A stretch of 64,000 nucleotides of DNA from Beijerinckiaceae bacterium (GCA_021324915.1 JAJPIC010000015.1:11102-75101); one strand, 5' to 3'. Positions 30,586-42,754 are shown, counted from the stretch's first letter. Notes: generated by a model from the letters alone, not told the origin. Program-made: numbers and translations.

Positions 30586-31509
30586 CTACATCCAGTGAAA
30601 CAGGCCTTCCGCCGTGGTGGGGAAGCCACGCAAGGCGCCGAGGACCGCAGCAAAGACAGCAGCGGCGATAAATCCGTCAAGGCGGTCCATCAGACCGCCA
30701 TGGCCGGGGATGAAATTGCTCGAATCTTTCGTCCCGAAGCGCCGTTTCATCCAGGATTCATAAAGGTCGCCGGCTTGCGCCACGCAGGCCGTGACGAGGC
30801 CCAGGAGGAAAGGCGCAAAGCTTGGCGCAGGCGTTTCGATCCGGGTCAGGTGCCCTACGACGGCGAGAAACAGGGATCCGATCAGCGCGCCCCCGACAAC
30901 GCCCAGCGCCGTGCCGGCCCAGGTCTTCGAGGGAGAGACCTGCGGCAGGAATTTCGGTCCGCCGATCAGCCGCCCCGCGAAATAAGCGACGACGTCCGTG
31001 CCCCATACGACCGCAAACAGCCAGGCGATGGCGCGCGGCCCGAAGGGCCAGGACATGCGCAGCGTCACGACTGAGATGATGAGACTGCCGGCGTAAAGTA
31101 TGCCGACGGCGCCCCATCCGCGCCGGCCCTGATCGGCGACCCTTGCCGCACCGAGCGCGGCAAGGCAAAGCGTGAGAATCGCAAGGCCCGGGCCCCAAGT
31201 ACCCAATAGAATGGCGGCCGTGATCAGTGCCGCCGAACCGATTGCAAGGCGCGTTGCCTGGCGCGCGCCGCCGATGATCCGCTGCCATTCGAATTGAACG
31301 ATGAGCGCCGCCGCAAGCCAAGCGAGAACGAAAATCGCTCCGCCGATCTGCAAAGTCAGCAAAGCGATCGCGATCAGAATGGCCGAGGAAACGAGACGGG
31401 GACCTAGATCGGCAAGCCGCGCGGCAAGGCTCGGGGGGGCGGGCGCTGCGCCGGCGGCCATCTCGCCGACGTCCGGCCTCGACTCCGGCGCCTCAGCAGG
31501 GTGCGTCAT
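30586..31509 (-). CDS. cdsA: Phosphatidate cytidylyltransferase
   Basis: [35 protein letters not shown]. Confidence 0.95.
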   Translation of the reverse strand: MTHPAEAPESRPDVGEMAAGAAPAPPSLAARLADLGPRLVSSAILIAIALLTLQIGGAIFVLAWLAAALIVQFEWQRIIGGARQATRLAIGSAALITAAILLGTWGPGLAILTLCLAALGAARVADQGRRGWGAVGILYAGSLIISVVTLRMSWPFGPRAIAWLFAVVWGTDVVAYFAGRLIGGPKFLPQVSPSKTWAGTALGVVGGALIGSLFLAVVGHLTRIETPAPSFAPFLLGLVTACVAQAGDLYESWMKRRFGTKDSSNFIPGHGGLMDRLDGFIAAAVFAAVLGALRGFPTTAEGLFHWM

Positions 31510-32279
31510 CCACCGACCTTAGCACTCTGATGCGACAAGGTCACGCCGCCGAAACGGCGCTCGCGGGCCGAAAATTCCGTCAGCGCATCAGCCAAGGCCT
31601 GACGGTCGAAGTCGGGCCAGTGAATTGGCACGAAGACGAATTCGCTATAGGCCGCCTGCCACATGAGGAAATTCGACAACCGCTGCTCGCCCGAGGTGCG
31701 GATGATGAGATCGGGGTCCGGAATGCCGGCGGTGTCGAGATGTTCAGCGAAGAAATCCTCGTCGATCTCGGCCGGCGCAAGGACGCCGGACGCCGCCTTT
31801 GCGGCAATCATGCGCGCGGCTGCGGCAATCTCCTGGCGGCTGCCGTAATTGAACGCGACGATCAGCGTCAGGCCCGTATTGGCGGCGGTCAATGCCTCCG
31901 CCTCCTCGAGCAGCGCCAGAATTTCCGGATTGAGATTCTCGCGCGTGCCGATCACCCGGACTTTGACGCCGGCCTTTTGCAATTCGCCGAGGTCATGGCG
32001 GATGAAGCGCTTCAGCAGGCCCATGAGATCGCTGACTTCCTCGATGGGCCGGCTCCAATTCTCCGCCGAGAAACTATAGACGGTCAGATAGCGCAGACCG
32101 AATTCGATCGCGGCGCGCACCGTCACCCTCAGCGCTTCGACGCCGCGCCGATGTCCCTCGATACGCGGCAGGCCGCGGCTCAAAGCCCAGCGGCCGTTGC
32201 CGTCCATGATGATTCCGACATGCGCCGGTACACGTCCGGGCCAAGTCCTGACTTTCACCGCCGTATTCGCCTCGATCAT
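31506..32279 (-). CDS. uppS: Undecaprenyl pyrophosphate synthase
   Basis: [34 protein letters not shown]. Confidence 0.97.
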   Translation of the reverse strand: MIEANTAVKVRTWPGRVPAHVGIIMDGNGRWALSRGLPRIEGHRRGVEALRVTVRAAIEFGLRYLTVYSFSAENWSRPIEEVSDLMGLLKRFIRHDLGELQKAGVKVRVIGTRENLNPEILALLEEAEALTAANTGLTLIVAFNYGSRQEIAAAARMIAAKAASGVLAPAEIDEDFFAEHLDTAGIPDPDLIIRTSGEQRLSNFLMWQAAYSEFVFVPIHWPDFDRQALADALTEFSARERRFGGVTLSHQSAKVGG

Positions 32280-32395
32280 GTTCCGCATCTTTCTGCGCCG
32301 CAATCGGCGCCGCGCCGGGGCGCGGACGATCTCTCAACTCATGAAGGCATTGGTGCGAAGCAAGGTCAACGCGGGCAATTTGCCCTAGCGCCGAG

Positions 32396-32956
32396 CTACA
32401 CTTGCATGATTTCTTTTTCCTTGTTTGCCAAGGCGAGATCGATTTCGGCGATGTGCTGATCGGTCGCCTTCTGCACCTCGGCCTCGTGACGCTTTTCTTC
32501 GTCTTCGCTGATCTGCTTATCCTTCAACGATTTCTTCAACGCATCGAGGCCGTCGCGCCTGACATGGCGGACGGCGACACGCGCCTCTTCCGCATATTTA
32601 TGCGCGACTTTGACCATTTCCTTGCGGCGCTGTTCGTTGAGCTCGGGGATGCGAATCCGCAGCACCTGGCCTTCGGTGACCGGCGACAGGCCGAGGTTGG
32701 AATCGCGGATCGCCTTGTCGACCGGCCCGACCATGCTCTTGTCCCAAACCTGGACCGACAATAAGCGCGGTTCGGGGACGCTGATCGTCGCCAGCTGGTT
32801 GATCGGCATCGACTGGCCATAGGCCTCGACGTGAATGGGCTCGATCAGGCTCACGGAAGCGCGTCCGGTGCGCAGGCCTCCAAGCTCATGCCGGAGTGCG
32901 GCGATCGCGCCCTGCATGCGCCGCTTCAAATCGGAAATATCGAATCCTTCGCTCAT
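32396..32956 (-). CDS. frr: Ribosome recycling factor
   Basis: [29 protein letters not shown]. Confidence 0.98.
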   Translation of the reverse strand: MSEGFDISDLKRRMQGAIAALRHELGGLRTGRASVSLIEPIHVEAYGQSMPINQLATISVPEPRLLSVQVWDKSMVGPVDKAIRDSNLGLSPVTEGQVLRIRIPELNEQRRKEMVKVAHKYAEEARVAVRHVRRDGLDALKKSLKDKQISEDEEKRHEAEVQKATDQHIAEIDLALANKEKEIMQV

Positions 32957-33215
32957 CCCTTACCTGCCTTGCCGCCCATCTGATCGCCCGGAACGGGCCG
33001 CGGCATGGCGGCCGACACCTCTCCCAAGGCGCGAGCGCGACCGAAGCGGAAATCCGTCTCTTTCGAAACCCTAGGGAGTGATCGAGACGGTCGCGCCCGC
33101 AGGGGCAGCCTCGGATCGGCAGCGCCGGATCTCCTGATATGGTTCATTTGCTACGCGATTTCCGGTCCCCGTCCAAGCTATTCTTGGAGAGGCGAAGGCC
33201 GCAAACGAGGCAGGA

Positions 33216-33938
33216 TCAAGGCGTGACCAGCGTAGCTTTGGCCTTACCGAGCAGCGCGGCGGAAATAGCGTCCGGTTCGCGGATCGAGAAGACGACGATC
33301 GGAATCTTGGTTTCGCGCGCGAGCGCAAAGGCCGCGGTGTCCATAATGGCGAGGTTTTTCGCGATCGCCTCGTCATGCGTCAATATATCGAAGCGCCGGG
33401 CATTCGGATCGCGCTTGGGATCGGCGGAATAGACGCCGTCGACCTGCGTCGCTTTCATGATTGCATCGCAAGAAAGCTCGGCCGCGCGCAGCGCCGCGCC
33501 CGTGTCGGTCGTAAAGAACGGATTGCCGGTTCCGCCGGCGAGAACGACAATGCGCCCCTTGGCGAGATGGTGCAGCGCGGCCTGACGCGAGTACGGCTGG
33601 CAGAGCGAGGGCATAGCAACGGCGGAGAGCGCGCGCGCCGGCTGACCCTGTTTTTCGATCGCATATTCCATCGCGAGCGCGTTCATCACCGTCGCCAGCA
33701 TCCCGATGGAATCGGCGCGCGCCCGTTCGATTCCTTTTTCCGCACCGGCAATGCCGCGGAAGAAATTGCCGCCACCGACGACGACAGCGGTTTCAACGCC
33801 CAGCCGTGCAGCCGAGACGAGGTCCGCCGCAATCCTTTCGAGTGTCGCCGCGTCGAGCCCGTGGGTTGCCGGACCCATCAAGGCCTCGCCGGAAAGCTTG
33901 ACGACGACGCGCCGCCATTTCGGTTCGCATTGAGCCAT
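33216..33938 (-). CDS. pyrH: UMP kinase
   Basis: VKLSGEAL, VVGGGNFFRG, GTGNPFFTTD; start corrected to MAQCEPKW. Confidence 0.97.
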   Translation of the reverse strand: MAQCEPKWRRVVVKLSGEALMGPATHGLDAATLERIAADLVSAARLGVETAVVVGGGNFFRGIAGAEKGIERARADSIGMLATVMNALAMEYAIEKQGQPARALSAVAMPSLCQPYSRQAALHHLAKGRIVVLAGGTGNPFFTTDTGAALRAAELSCDAIMKATQVDGVYSADPKRDPNARRFDILTHDEAIAKNLAIMDTAAFALARETKIPIVVFSIREPDAISAALLGKAKATLVTP

Positions 33939-34129
33939 AGTGCCTCCGGCGGAATATCCTTCCGTTCTAACCGATCGCGGCCGCGTTCCGAAGCCGAATT
34001 CGCGTCCCATCACAGGTTCGGCCGTTCCCGACGGCGATTTCGAGAAGACTTGTTGCGCTCGGTCTTTAAGCGCGCCAAAAGAGTGCGACAAGGTCCAGGG
34101 GGACGATCCCGTCAGCCGGGAAAGAGGGC

Positions 34130-34774
34130 ATGGGCGAACGCGTCAAAGTCCTGATGATCGAAGATCATCCGATCGTGCGCGACGGCTGCCGGCTGATCTT
34201 CAATCGCCGCCCCGACATTGCGATCGTCGAGGCGAGCACGGCAGCGGAAGGCTATGCCGCCAACCGGCAGTATCGACCGGACGTGATTGTCCTCGATCTC
34301 GGGCTGAAGGACGGCAACGGCTTCGACATGGTGCCGACGCTTCTCGCCGAAAACGAGGGCGCGCGGATCGTCATTTTCAGCATGAACGAGACGCCGCGCT
34401 TCGTGCGCCGCGCCCTCGACATGGGCGCGCGCGGCTATATTACCAAGAGCGACGATCCGAACACGATCCTTGCGGCGATCGACAAGGTTCGCTCGGGCGG
34501 CGTTTATCTCGGCCAGTCGGTCGCCCAAGCTCTGGCGCTCGCCAATCTCGAGCCAAAGAGCGATCCCTTGCGCCGCCTGAGCGGGCGGGAAAAACAAGTG
34601 ATCGCGCTGCTCGGCGAAGGCAAGAGCCTCGCCGAAATCGCCGCCGGACTCGACATCGGATATAAGACGGTCGCCAATATCGTCGCCGCGATCAAACAGA
34701 AGCTGGGGATTGCGACGAGCGTCGCGCTGATCAAGTTCGCCGTCGAAGCCCACGCCCGGGATCGGCATCTTTAA
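34130..34774 (+). CDS. Orphan NarL/LuxR-type response regulator, MxaB/MxcE-like
   Basis: REC domain (EDHPIV, LDL, FSM, GYITK) plus LuxR HTH (GKSLAEIA...YKTVAN); no cognate kinase adjacent. Confidence 0.88.
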   Translation: MGERVKVLMIEDHPIVRDGCRLIFNRRPDIAIVEASTAAEGYAANRQYRPDVIVLDLGLKDGNGFDMVPTLLAENEGARIVIFSMNETPRFVRRALDMGARGYITKSDDPNTILAAIDKVRSGGVYLGQSVAQALALANLEPKSDPLRRLSGREKQVIALLGEGKSLAEIAAGLDIGYKTVANIVAAIKQKLGIATSVALIKFAVEAHARDRHL

Positions 34775-34864
34775 GCTTCGCACGCTGCAGTGCGATCCGA
34801 GGCCGCCGCCGTTCTCTTTTCGAGTTTTCCACTAAATCCACAGGGTCTCGCGTTGCGGCCGAAG

Positions 34865-34947
34865 CTCAGCGATGAACTTTTCCATGCTGAGAATGAAGTT
34901 TTCTAAGAAATTCAAAGTGTTCCGAGACACGTGTTGCATGAATACAC
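34865..34947. promoter_or_regulatory. Candidate regulator sites upstream of the TonB receptor
   Basis: ATGAA(C/G)TTTTC direct repeat at 34872 and 34893 (21-bp period); CTCAGC/GCTGAG dyad; two adjacent GTGT..ACAC dyads (34917-34947). Confidence 0.5.
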
Positions 34948-35017
34948 TTGAACTGCGCATGCCCGTGGCCTTAGGCTTGAGCACGGTAAAGTTGCGTGTT
35001 GCGCTTCGGGGGGAGCC

Positions 35018-37357
35018 ATGCGGTTCAAAGTCGGGTACGCGCGATCGGCGTTGGTCGCGTCCGTGTCGCTATCGGTGTTTACGCTCCCCAGCTTTGCGCA
35101 AGAAGCACTGCCGACGGTGGAGGTCGTTGCAACCTCACCGGTCGGGACGCAATCCACCAGCACGCTTAACGTGCCCTCCGAAGTTCAAACGATCGACAGC
35201 AAAGAGATCGAGAATTTAAACCACGCAACGATCACCGAGGACCTCGCACGCCGCACGCCGGGCGTTGCCACGACAGACGAACTCGGCAGCCCGTTGAACC
35301 AATCGATCGAATTCCGCGGCCAGACCGCGACACCTGTGCCGGGCACGCCCGAAGGCCTCGCGGTCTATCAAAACGGCGTTCGCATCAATGAAGCCTATGG
35401 CGACGTCGTCAATTGGGCCTTGATCCCGCCGATCGCGATCCAGCAGACGCAGATCGTAACGGGCAATCCGGTTTTCGGTCTCAATGCGCTCGCCGGCGCC
35501 GTCGTGATGAACATGAAGAACGGCTTCACCTGGCAGGGCGCGGAGTTCGGAACCCAGTTCGGCACCGACTTCCGCCACGAAGCCTACGCCGAATATGGAA
35601 TGACCAAGGGCGATTGGGCCTATTACGCGGCGGTCGAAGGCCTTGGGGACAACGGCTTTCGCGACGGCGGCGCCTCAGGCCTCGGGCGCGCCTACGGCGA
35701 TATCGGCTACCGCGTCGAAGGCAACGAAGTCCACGTGAACGTCACCGCCGGGCGCGCTTCGTTCGGCACCTCCGGAACGGCGCCGATCGACTTGGTGCAA
35801 CAGGACCCCAGGGCCTATTTCAATCTTCCCGGCCTGTCGCAAGAATCGATGGGCATGATCACGCTCTCGGACCAGTCGAAGATCACGAGCACATTGCAAT
35901 TCAACGGCAACGTCTATTTCCGCGATTACGCCGCGTTCCGCGAGGACGGCAATATCAGCGATTTCTACCATTGCGCCGCGGCGTTCTTCTGCAACGGCGG
36001 GGCGCTCACCACCCTGCCCGATCCGACGACCGGCCTGCCGAACGGCCAGCCCGCCGGCGAAATCGACAGCAATTGGACGCATAGCTACAGCACCGGCACC
36101 ACGCTGCAGCTCACCGACACCGACAAGATCTTCGGACACAACAATAATCTGATCGCCGGCGTGAGCCTCGACCATGGTTGGACGCATTTCGGCGGTATGA
36201 GCACGATCGGCGATATGCCGCCGGATCGCATCGTCAGCAGCTACGGCATTGTCATCGACCAGCCCGCTTACGATATTTCGCCGGTCGCTCTCCTCTCGCA
36301 GAACAATTATCTCGGCGTCTATGTGCTCGATTCTTTCGACGTGACCGACAGATTGACGGTGAATGCGGGCGCGCGGTTCAACGACGCCCAGATCGACCTC
36401 AACGACATCAACGGCACAAGCCTCACAAGCAGCAATAATTTCAATCGCATCAATCCGACGGTCGGCGCTTCATTCAAGATCACGCCGGACGTCGCGGCTT
36501 ATGTCAATTATTCGGAGGCCAATCGCGCCCCGACCCCGCTCGAGCTCGGCTGCGCGAGCCCGACGCAGCCCTGCCAGATCGACAATTTCCTCGTTGCCGA
36601 TCCGCCGCTGAAACAAGTCGTCGCCCGCACCGTCGAGGGCGGATTCAAGGGCGACCACCATATCACCGGCGGCCCGATACCCGGCGAGCTTACCTGGAGC
36701 GTCAGTCTCTATCGAACCGAGAACCAGGACGACATCATGAATGTGCCGAGCACGATCACGGGCTTCGGCTATTTCGTCAACGCCGGAAATACTTTGCGCC
36801 AGGGCGTCGATCTCGGCGCGACCTACACGACCGCGAATTGGGACGTCTATGCCAATTATTCCTATATCCAGGCGACGTTCCTGACGCCCGTCCAACTCGC
36901 CTCGCCGAATAATCCGAACGCGAATTGCCTCGGGCCTGGCTCCGGCATCGAATGTGTGACGCCGGGCGACAATCTCCCGGGCATCCCGCGACACAAATTC
37001 AAGATCGGGTTCGATTACACGGTCTTGCCGAAATGGACCGTCGGCGCCGATCTCGTCTATGAATCGAGCCGTTATTATTTCGGCGACGAGATCAATTCCT
37101 TGCCGCAGGTCCCCGGCTTCGCCACGCTCAATCTGCGGACTGCCTATCAATTCAGCAAAACGGTCCAGATCTACGGCATGATCAACAACGCGCTCGATTA
37201 TCGCTATGCGACCTATGGCGCGCTCTACGACACCGGCTCGAGCCTCAACCAGGTCACCGGCGCGCCGGTACCCGGTCTGTTCAACTCGACGGACCCGCGC
37301 GCGATCACGCTTGCGCCGCCATTCGAAGCCTACATCGGACTGCGCGTGACGCTCTAA
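35018..37357 (+). CDS. TonB-dependent outer membrane receptor
   Basis: Signal peptide, TonB box LPTVEVVAT, plug (NGVRINEAYGDVVNW...GLNALAGAV), beta-barrel ending YIGLRVTL. Confidence 0.93.
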   Translation: MRFKVGYARSALVASVSLSVFTLPSFAQEALPTVEVVATSPVGTQSTSTLNVPSEVQTIDSKEIENLNHATITEDLARRTPGVATTDELGSPLNQSIEFRGQTATPVPGTPEGLAVYQNGVRINEAYGDVVNWALIPPIAIQQTQIVTGNPVFGLNALAGAVVMNMKNGFTWQGAEFGTQFGTDFRHEAYAEYGMTKGDWAYYAAVEGLGDNGFRDGGASGLGRAYGDIGYRVEGNEVHVNVTAGRASFGTSGTAPIDLVQQDPRAYFNLPGLSQESMGMITLSDQSKITSTLQFNGNVYFRDYAAFREDGNISDFYHCAAAFFCNGGALTTLPDPTTGLPNGQPAGEIDSNWTHSYSTGTTLQLTDTDKIFGHNNNLIAGVSLDHGWTHFGGMSTIGDMPPDRIVSSYGIVIDQPAYDISPVALLSQNNYLGVYVLDSFDVTDRLTVNAGARFNDAQIDLNDINGTSLTSSNNFNRINPTVGASFKITPDVAAYVNYSEANRAPTPLELGCASPTQPCQIDNFLVADPPLKQVVARTVEGGFKGDHHITGGPIPGELTWSVSLYRTENQDDIMNVPSTITGFGYFVNAGNTLRQGVDLGATYTTANWDVYANYSYIQATFLTPVQLASPNNPNANCLGPGSGIECVTPGDNLPGIPRHKFKIGFDYTVLPKWTVGADLVYESSRYYFGDEINSLPQVPGFATLNLRTAYQFSKTVQIYGMINNALDYRYATYGALYDTGSSLNQVTGAPVPGLFNSTDPRAITLAPPFEAYIGLRVTL

Positions 37358-37417
37358 TGGAGGTCCGGGCTCAGCCGAACCAAATGCGGTGCGATCTGTT
37401 AAGATCGGCATATTCAC

Positions 37418-37930
37418 ATGCCGATCTTCTTCACCAGCGATACGCATTTCGGCGACGCCAAGCGCATCCGCGTCGATCGCCGGCCCTTCGCCTCGATTGC
37501 CGAACATGACGCCGCACTGATTGCGCGCTGGAATGAGGTCGTCGGCGTCGAGGACGAGATCTATCATCTCGGCGACTTCACCGCTTTCAAAGATCCGGAC
37601 CGCGTCAGCGCTCTGTTGGCTGCGCTCAACGGACGCAAACACCTCGTCATCGGCAACAATGATCCGCCTACCACGACCGCCAACAAAGGCTGGATAAGCG
37701 TTGCCTATTACGAAGAACGGATGGTCGAAGACCGGCTGCTGATCCTCTGCCACTATCCGTTCCGCACCTGGCACGACATGGGCAAGGGTGCGATCGACCT
37801 GCACGGCCATTCGCACGGAAAGCTCAAAGAGAAGACGCGGCAATATGACGTCGGCGTCGATGTCTTCGATTATCGGCCGGTGACGCTGGCAGAGATTCTG
37901 CGAAGCAAACGCCGGAGAAAAATCGATTGA
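37418..37930 (+). CDS. Calcineurin-like metallophosphoesterase (COG4186-like)
   Basis: SDTHFG, LGDF, GNND, CHYP, HGHSHG motifs. Confidence 0.9.
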   Translation: MPIFFTSDTHFGDAKRIRVDRRPFASIAEHDAALIARWNEVVGVEDEIYHLGDFTAFKDPDRVSALLAALNGRKHLVIGNNDPPTTTANKGWISVAYYEERMVEDRLLILCHYPFRTWHDMGKGAIDLHGHSHGKLKEKTRQYDVGVDVFDYRPVTLAEILRSKRRRKID

Positions 37931-38074
37931 CCGCGCATTCCAGAGAACTGGAAACCGGATTTCCCGATCATGCCCACGTGTATGTTTTGAAATGAAGCGC
38001 TGAACCTTGCACCGATCATGCAATTGATCGCGGCGCGGCGCATGAGGCAGACGGCAAGCTAATTCGCCCGAGGC

Positions 38075-38974
38075 TTACGCCCCCTCTTCCTGCTTCTCTA
38101 TGCCTTCGCCGAGCGCATAGCGCACAAAGGCCTTGAGCGCGATCGGCGCGCTGGCCGGACCTTCCGCTTCCTTGACGACCTGGCCGATGGTTTTCCCGCC
38201 ATGTTGTTCGGCATGGATCGAGGGCTGATCGAGCAAGCAGACCTCTTTGTAATAAGTCTTGAGACCGGATTCGATGATCTTCTCGAGGACATGCGGCGGC
38301 TTGCCGGCATTCTTATCGGCCAGCACCGACCTCTCGCGTGCGACGAGGTTCTGGTCCAATCCGCTCGGATCGAGCGCAAGCGGGCTTGCTGCTGCGACAT
38401 GCAGCGCGATCAGCCGGGCAAGCGGGGCAAGCACTTCCGTCTTGCCGGAAGATTCGAGCCCGACGAGCACGCCGATCTTGCCGAGACCTTCGGCCAAGGG
38501 ATTATGGACATAATGCCCGATCACGCCTTGCCCGACGCTCACGCGATCCGCGCGGCGCAGGTTCATATTCTCGCCGATCGTGGCAATCGCATTGGCGAGC
38601 GCATCGGCGACGGTTCCGCCGCCCGAATAGGCGGCGGCCTTGAGCGCCTCGACGTCGGTCAGGCCCTTTTCGAGCGCGACCCCTGCAATGCCGCGCACGA
38701 GCTTTTGGAACTCTTCGTTGCGCGCAACGAAGTCCGTCTCCGAATTGACTTCAATGACGACGCCGTCGCGCCCCGAGACCGCAACGGCGATCAACCCTTC
38801 GGCGGCGACGCGGCCGGATTTCTTGGCCGCTTTCGAAAGGCCCTTTTTGCGCAGCCAATCGATGGCCGCCTCGATGTCGGCGTTGGTTTCGGCCAAGGCC
38901 GCCTTGCAATCCATCATGCCGGCGCCGGTCTTCTCCCGAAGATCCTTCACCATTGCCGCCGTGACGTTCGCCAT
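38075..38974 (-). CDS. tsf: Elongation factor Ts
   Basis: [26 protein letters not shown]. Confidence 0.99.
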   Translation of the reverse strand: MANVTAAMVKDLREKTGAGMMDCKAALAETNADIEAAIDWLRKKGLSKAAKKSGRVAAEGLIAVAVSGRDGVVIEVNSETDFVARNEEFQKLVRGIAGVALEKGLTDVEALKAAAYSGGGTVADALANAIATIGENMNLRRADRVSVGQGVIGHYVHNPLAEGLGKIGVLVGLESSGKTEVLAPLARLIALHVAAASPLALDPSGLDQNLVARERSVLADKNAGKPPHVLEKIIESGLKTYYKEVCLLDQPSIHAEQHGGKTIGQVVKEAEGPASAPIALKAFVRYALGEGIEKQEEGA

Positions 38975-39030
38975 GCGCTTTCCTTAAGATCCTGGAGTTA
39001 CGCGTGTTAATATAGGATGGCTGCAAGCCT

Positions 39031-40041
<1,011 letters not shown>

Positions 40042-40144
40042 TTTTGTTCTCCGGTTGAGCCGCCGCGGAAGATCAGGCCTGCCGAAGTTCGACAGGCCAC
40101 CGGTGCGGACCTTCAAAGCAGGACCGCGAAATCCGCGTGTGGGA
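40042..40144 (-). ncRNA. rpsB 5' leader (t44/S2 autoregulatory-type structured RNA)
   Basis: Structured leader starting CCCACACGC, with hairpins CAGGCC/GGCCTG and GGTCC/GGACC, directly upstream of rpsB; position matches the known S2 leader. Confidence 0.5.
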
Positions 40145-40179
40145 TGGCGCGCTTATAGGGCGCGGACAGAAATATGGCA

Positions 40180-40204
40180 ACAGCCGCGAAAATTCCGCGG
40201 CTGT
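40180..40204 (-). terminator. Hairpin after the catalase gene
   Basis: ACAGCCGCG-N7-CGCGGCTGT, 27 nt past the catalase stop. Confidence 0.55.
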
Positions 40205-40231
40205 CGCTCCGGCAGGCTATTTAGGAGCGCC

Positions 40232-41710
40232 CTACTCGGCTGCAACGCTCGGGGCGGCCGCATTTTCCTCGGCGAGCCGGGCGAGCGCCTGGCGCACGCC
40301 CGATGCATAGTCCGGATGAACCTTTTGGAGGTGGCCGAGCTGGCGCTCGATGATCTCTTGCGGAATGCCGATCATGGCTTCCGCGATATTGGAGCAAAGC
40401 CGCTGGCGCTGGCCTTGGTCGAAGAGCAGGAACAGCGCACGCACCTGGCCGTAGTCATCATTGCCCTCGTAATGGTTGAAGCGCGTGCCATAGCCCGAGA
40501 TCCTGATCGGCGGCTCGAGCGCCGATGGATCCTGCACCGGACCGTTGAACGAATTGGGTTCGTAATAGGCGTCCGGATTGGGCATGTTCGGGAAGAACCG
40601 CATGGCTCCGTCCTTGTGGTACGTGTGAACCGGGCATTTCGGCGCGTTCACCGGCAGCGCCTCGTAATGCGTGCCGAGCCGATAACGATGCGCATCTGGA
40701 TAAGAGAAGATGCGCGCCTGCAGCATCTTGTCGGGCGAATGACCGATCCCCGGCACGACGTTCGACGGCGAAAAGGCCGCCATCTCGATTTGCGCGAAGT
40801 AATTGTCCGGATTGCGGTTCAATTCGAGGATGCCGACGTCGATCGGCGGATAGTCCTTGTGCGGCCAGACTTTCGTAAGATCGAACGGGTTATAGGGCGT
40901 CTTTTCGGCTTCCACCTCCGGCATGATCTGCACTTGCATGCGCCATCTCGGAAAATCGCCCCGTTCGATCGCGCCGAACAGCTCCTCCTGATAGGACTCG
41001 CGCGAGCGGCCGATGACCTTCGAAGCCTCACGATTGGTGTAGTGGCGATGGCCCTGCATCGTCTTGAAGTGGAACTTCACCCAATAGCGCTCACCAGTCT
41101 TGTTCCAGAAGGAATAAGTGTGCGAGCCGTAGCCATTCATATATTGCGGGGCGACGGGCAGGCCGCGATCCGAGAAGAGGATGGTCACTTGATGCAGGCT
41201 CTCGGGCGAAAGGGACCAGAAATCCCACATCGCCGTCGGCGAGCGCATGTTGGTGCGCGGGTGGCGCTTCTGCGTATGGATGAAATCGGGGAACTTCAGA
41301 GGATCGCGGATGAAGAAGACCGGCGTATTGTTGCCGACAAGATCCCAATTGCCCTCTTCGGTGTAGAATTTGATCGAGAAGCCGCGCACGTCGCGCTCGG
41401 CATCGGCCGCGCCGAGCTCGCCTGCGACCGTCGAAAATCGAATGAGTAGGTCGGTCTTCTTGCCCATCTTGGAGAAGACGCTGGCGCGCGTATATTTCGA
41501 AATGTCATGCGTCACGGTCAGCGTGCCGAAGGCGCCCCAGCCCTTGGCGTGGACCACGCGCTCGGGGATGCGCTCGCGGTTCTGGTGGGCCAGTTTCTCG
41601 ATGAGTTGATAGTCCTGCATGAGGATCGGTCCGCGCGGACCGGCGGTGACCGAGTTCTGATTGTCCGGGACCGGCGCGCCGGCCGTCGTCGTCAGTTTCT
41701 CCGAAGCCAT
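40232..41710 (-). CDS. katA: Monofunctional heme catalase (small subunit)
   Basis: [35 protein letters not shown]; RBS GGAGG before ATG 41710. Confidence 0.96.
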   Translation of the reverse strand: MASEKLTTTAGAPVPDNQNSVTAGPRGPILMQDYQLIEKLAHQNRERIPERVVHAKGWGAFGTLTVTHDISKYTRASVFSKMGKKTDLLIRFSTVAGELGAADAERDVRGFSIKFYTEEGNWDLVGNNTPVFFIRDPLKFPDFIHTQKRHPRTNMRSPTAMWDFWSLSPESLHQVTILFSDRGLPVAPQYMNGYGSHTYSFWNKTGERYWVKFHFKTMQGHRHYTNREASKVIGRSRESYQEELFGAIERGDFPRWRMQVQIMPEVEAEKTPYNPFDLTKVWPHKDYPPIDVGILELNRNPDNYFAQIEMAAFSPSNVVPGIGHSPDKMLQARIFSYPDAHRYRLGTHYEALPVNAPKCPVHTYHKDGAMRFFPNMPNPDAYYEPNSFNGPVQDPSALEPPIRISGYGTRFNHYEGNDDYGQVRALFLLFDQGQRQRLCSNIAEAMIGIPQEIIERQLGHLQKVHPDYASGVRQALARLAEENAAAPSVAAE

Positions 41711-41756
41711 TTCGTCCTCCTGGGGCTGGCGCGAGGAACATAGGCAGGCGCTCGAC

Positions 41757-41833
41757 ATTGATCCAATCGATAGTCTCGCATAAAACGATAGACGGCGCCG
41801 ATGAGGCGCCGAAGTCTCGTTTCACGATAGACG
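41757..41833. promoter_or_regulatory. OxyR-type binding region in the divergent katA/oxyR spacer
   Basis: ATTG-N7-CGAT (41757-41771) and ATAG-N7-CGAT (41788-41802); CGATAG occurs three times; resembles the ATAG-N7-CTAT consensus. Confidence 0.55.
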
Positions 41834-41836
41834 CCC

Positions 41837-42754
41837 ATGAATTTGCGCGATCTCCGCTACATCGTCGCGGTCGCCGATTGCGGTCATTTCGGCCGCGCCG
41901 CGGAGGCCTGCAACGTGAGCCAGCCGACGTTGAGCGGCCAAATTCGTAAGCTCGAGGAAGAATTGGGCGTCATCGTTTTCGAACGCGACGGCCGCTCGGT
42001 GCGCCCGACAATCGCCGGCACCGAGATCCTCGCCTATGCCCGCAATGCGCTCGCTGCCGCGGACGATATTGCTCAAGCCGCACAACGCGGCCGCGATCCT
42101 CTGGCCGGGCCCTTTCACCTCGGCATAATTCCGACGCTCGGCCCTTATCTCATGCCCTATATCCTGCCCGGCGTAAAAGAAACGCTCTCGGCCATGCGCC
42201 TCATTCTCGTCGAGGATCTCACCGTTCGTCTGGTCGAGCTCGTGGGCTTAGGCAAGCTCGATGCAGCGATCATCGCGTCCGACCCCGATACGCAGGCGTT
42301 GAATTCAGTGCCGCTATTCGATGAGGATTTCTCGCTCGTGCTCCCCCGCGCGCATCCGCTCAACAAAAAGAACAGGATCGAGATCGCGGACCTCAATCCA
42401 GGCGATCTGTTGCTTCTGACAGACGGCCATTGCCTGCGCGATCAGGCGCTCGAACTCTGCGGGCAGCCGCAGAGCGACAATGCCATCGCCGATATGCGCG
42501 CAACGAGCCTCAGGACGCTGTTGCACATGGCGTCGGCCGGATATGGCATGACGCTGATCCCGGCGCTGGCGCTCAGACAGGAACAGCCGCTTCCCGGCGA
42601 TCTCGTCGCGCGCCGCTTGAACGGCAAAAAGGCGCGCCGCCGCGTGCGACTCATTTCGCGGCCGAGCCATCCGCGCCGTTCCGCGCTCGATACCGTGCGC
42701 AAGCTTGTTCGCGCGAGCGTCCTCAATGTGCTCGAGGAAACGCCTCTCTCTTGA
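41837..42754 (+). CDS. oxyR: Hydrogen peroxide-sensing LysR regulator
   Basis: HFGRAAEACNVSQPTLS, redox Cys pair GHCLRDQALELC; divergent from catalase. Confidence 0.95.
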   Translation: MNLRDLRYIVAVADCGHFGRAAEACNVSQPTLSGQIRKLEEELGVIVFERDGRSVRPTIAGTEILAYARNALAAADDIAQAAQRGRDPLAGPFHLGIIPTLGPYLMPYILPGVKETLSAMRLILVEDLTVRLVELVGLGKLDAAIIASDPDTQALNSVPLFDEDFSLVLPRAHPLNKKNRIEIADLNPGDLLLLTDGHCLRDQALELCGQPQSDNAIADMRATSLRTLLHMASAGYGMTLIPALALRQEQPLPGDLVARRLNGKKARRRVRLISRPSHPRRSALDTVRKLVRASVLNVLEETPLS

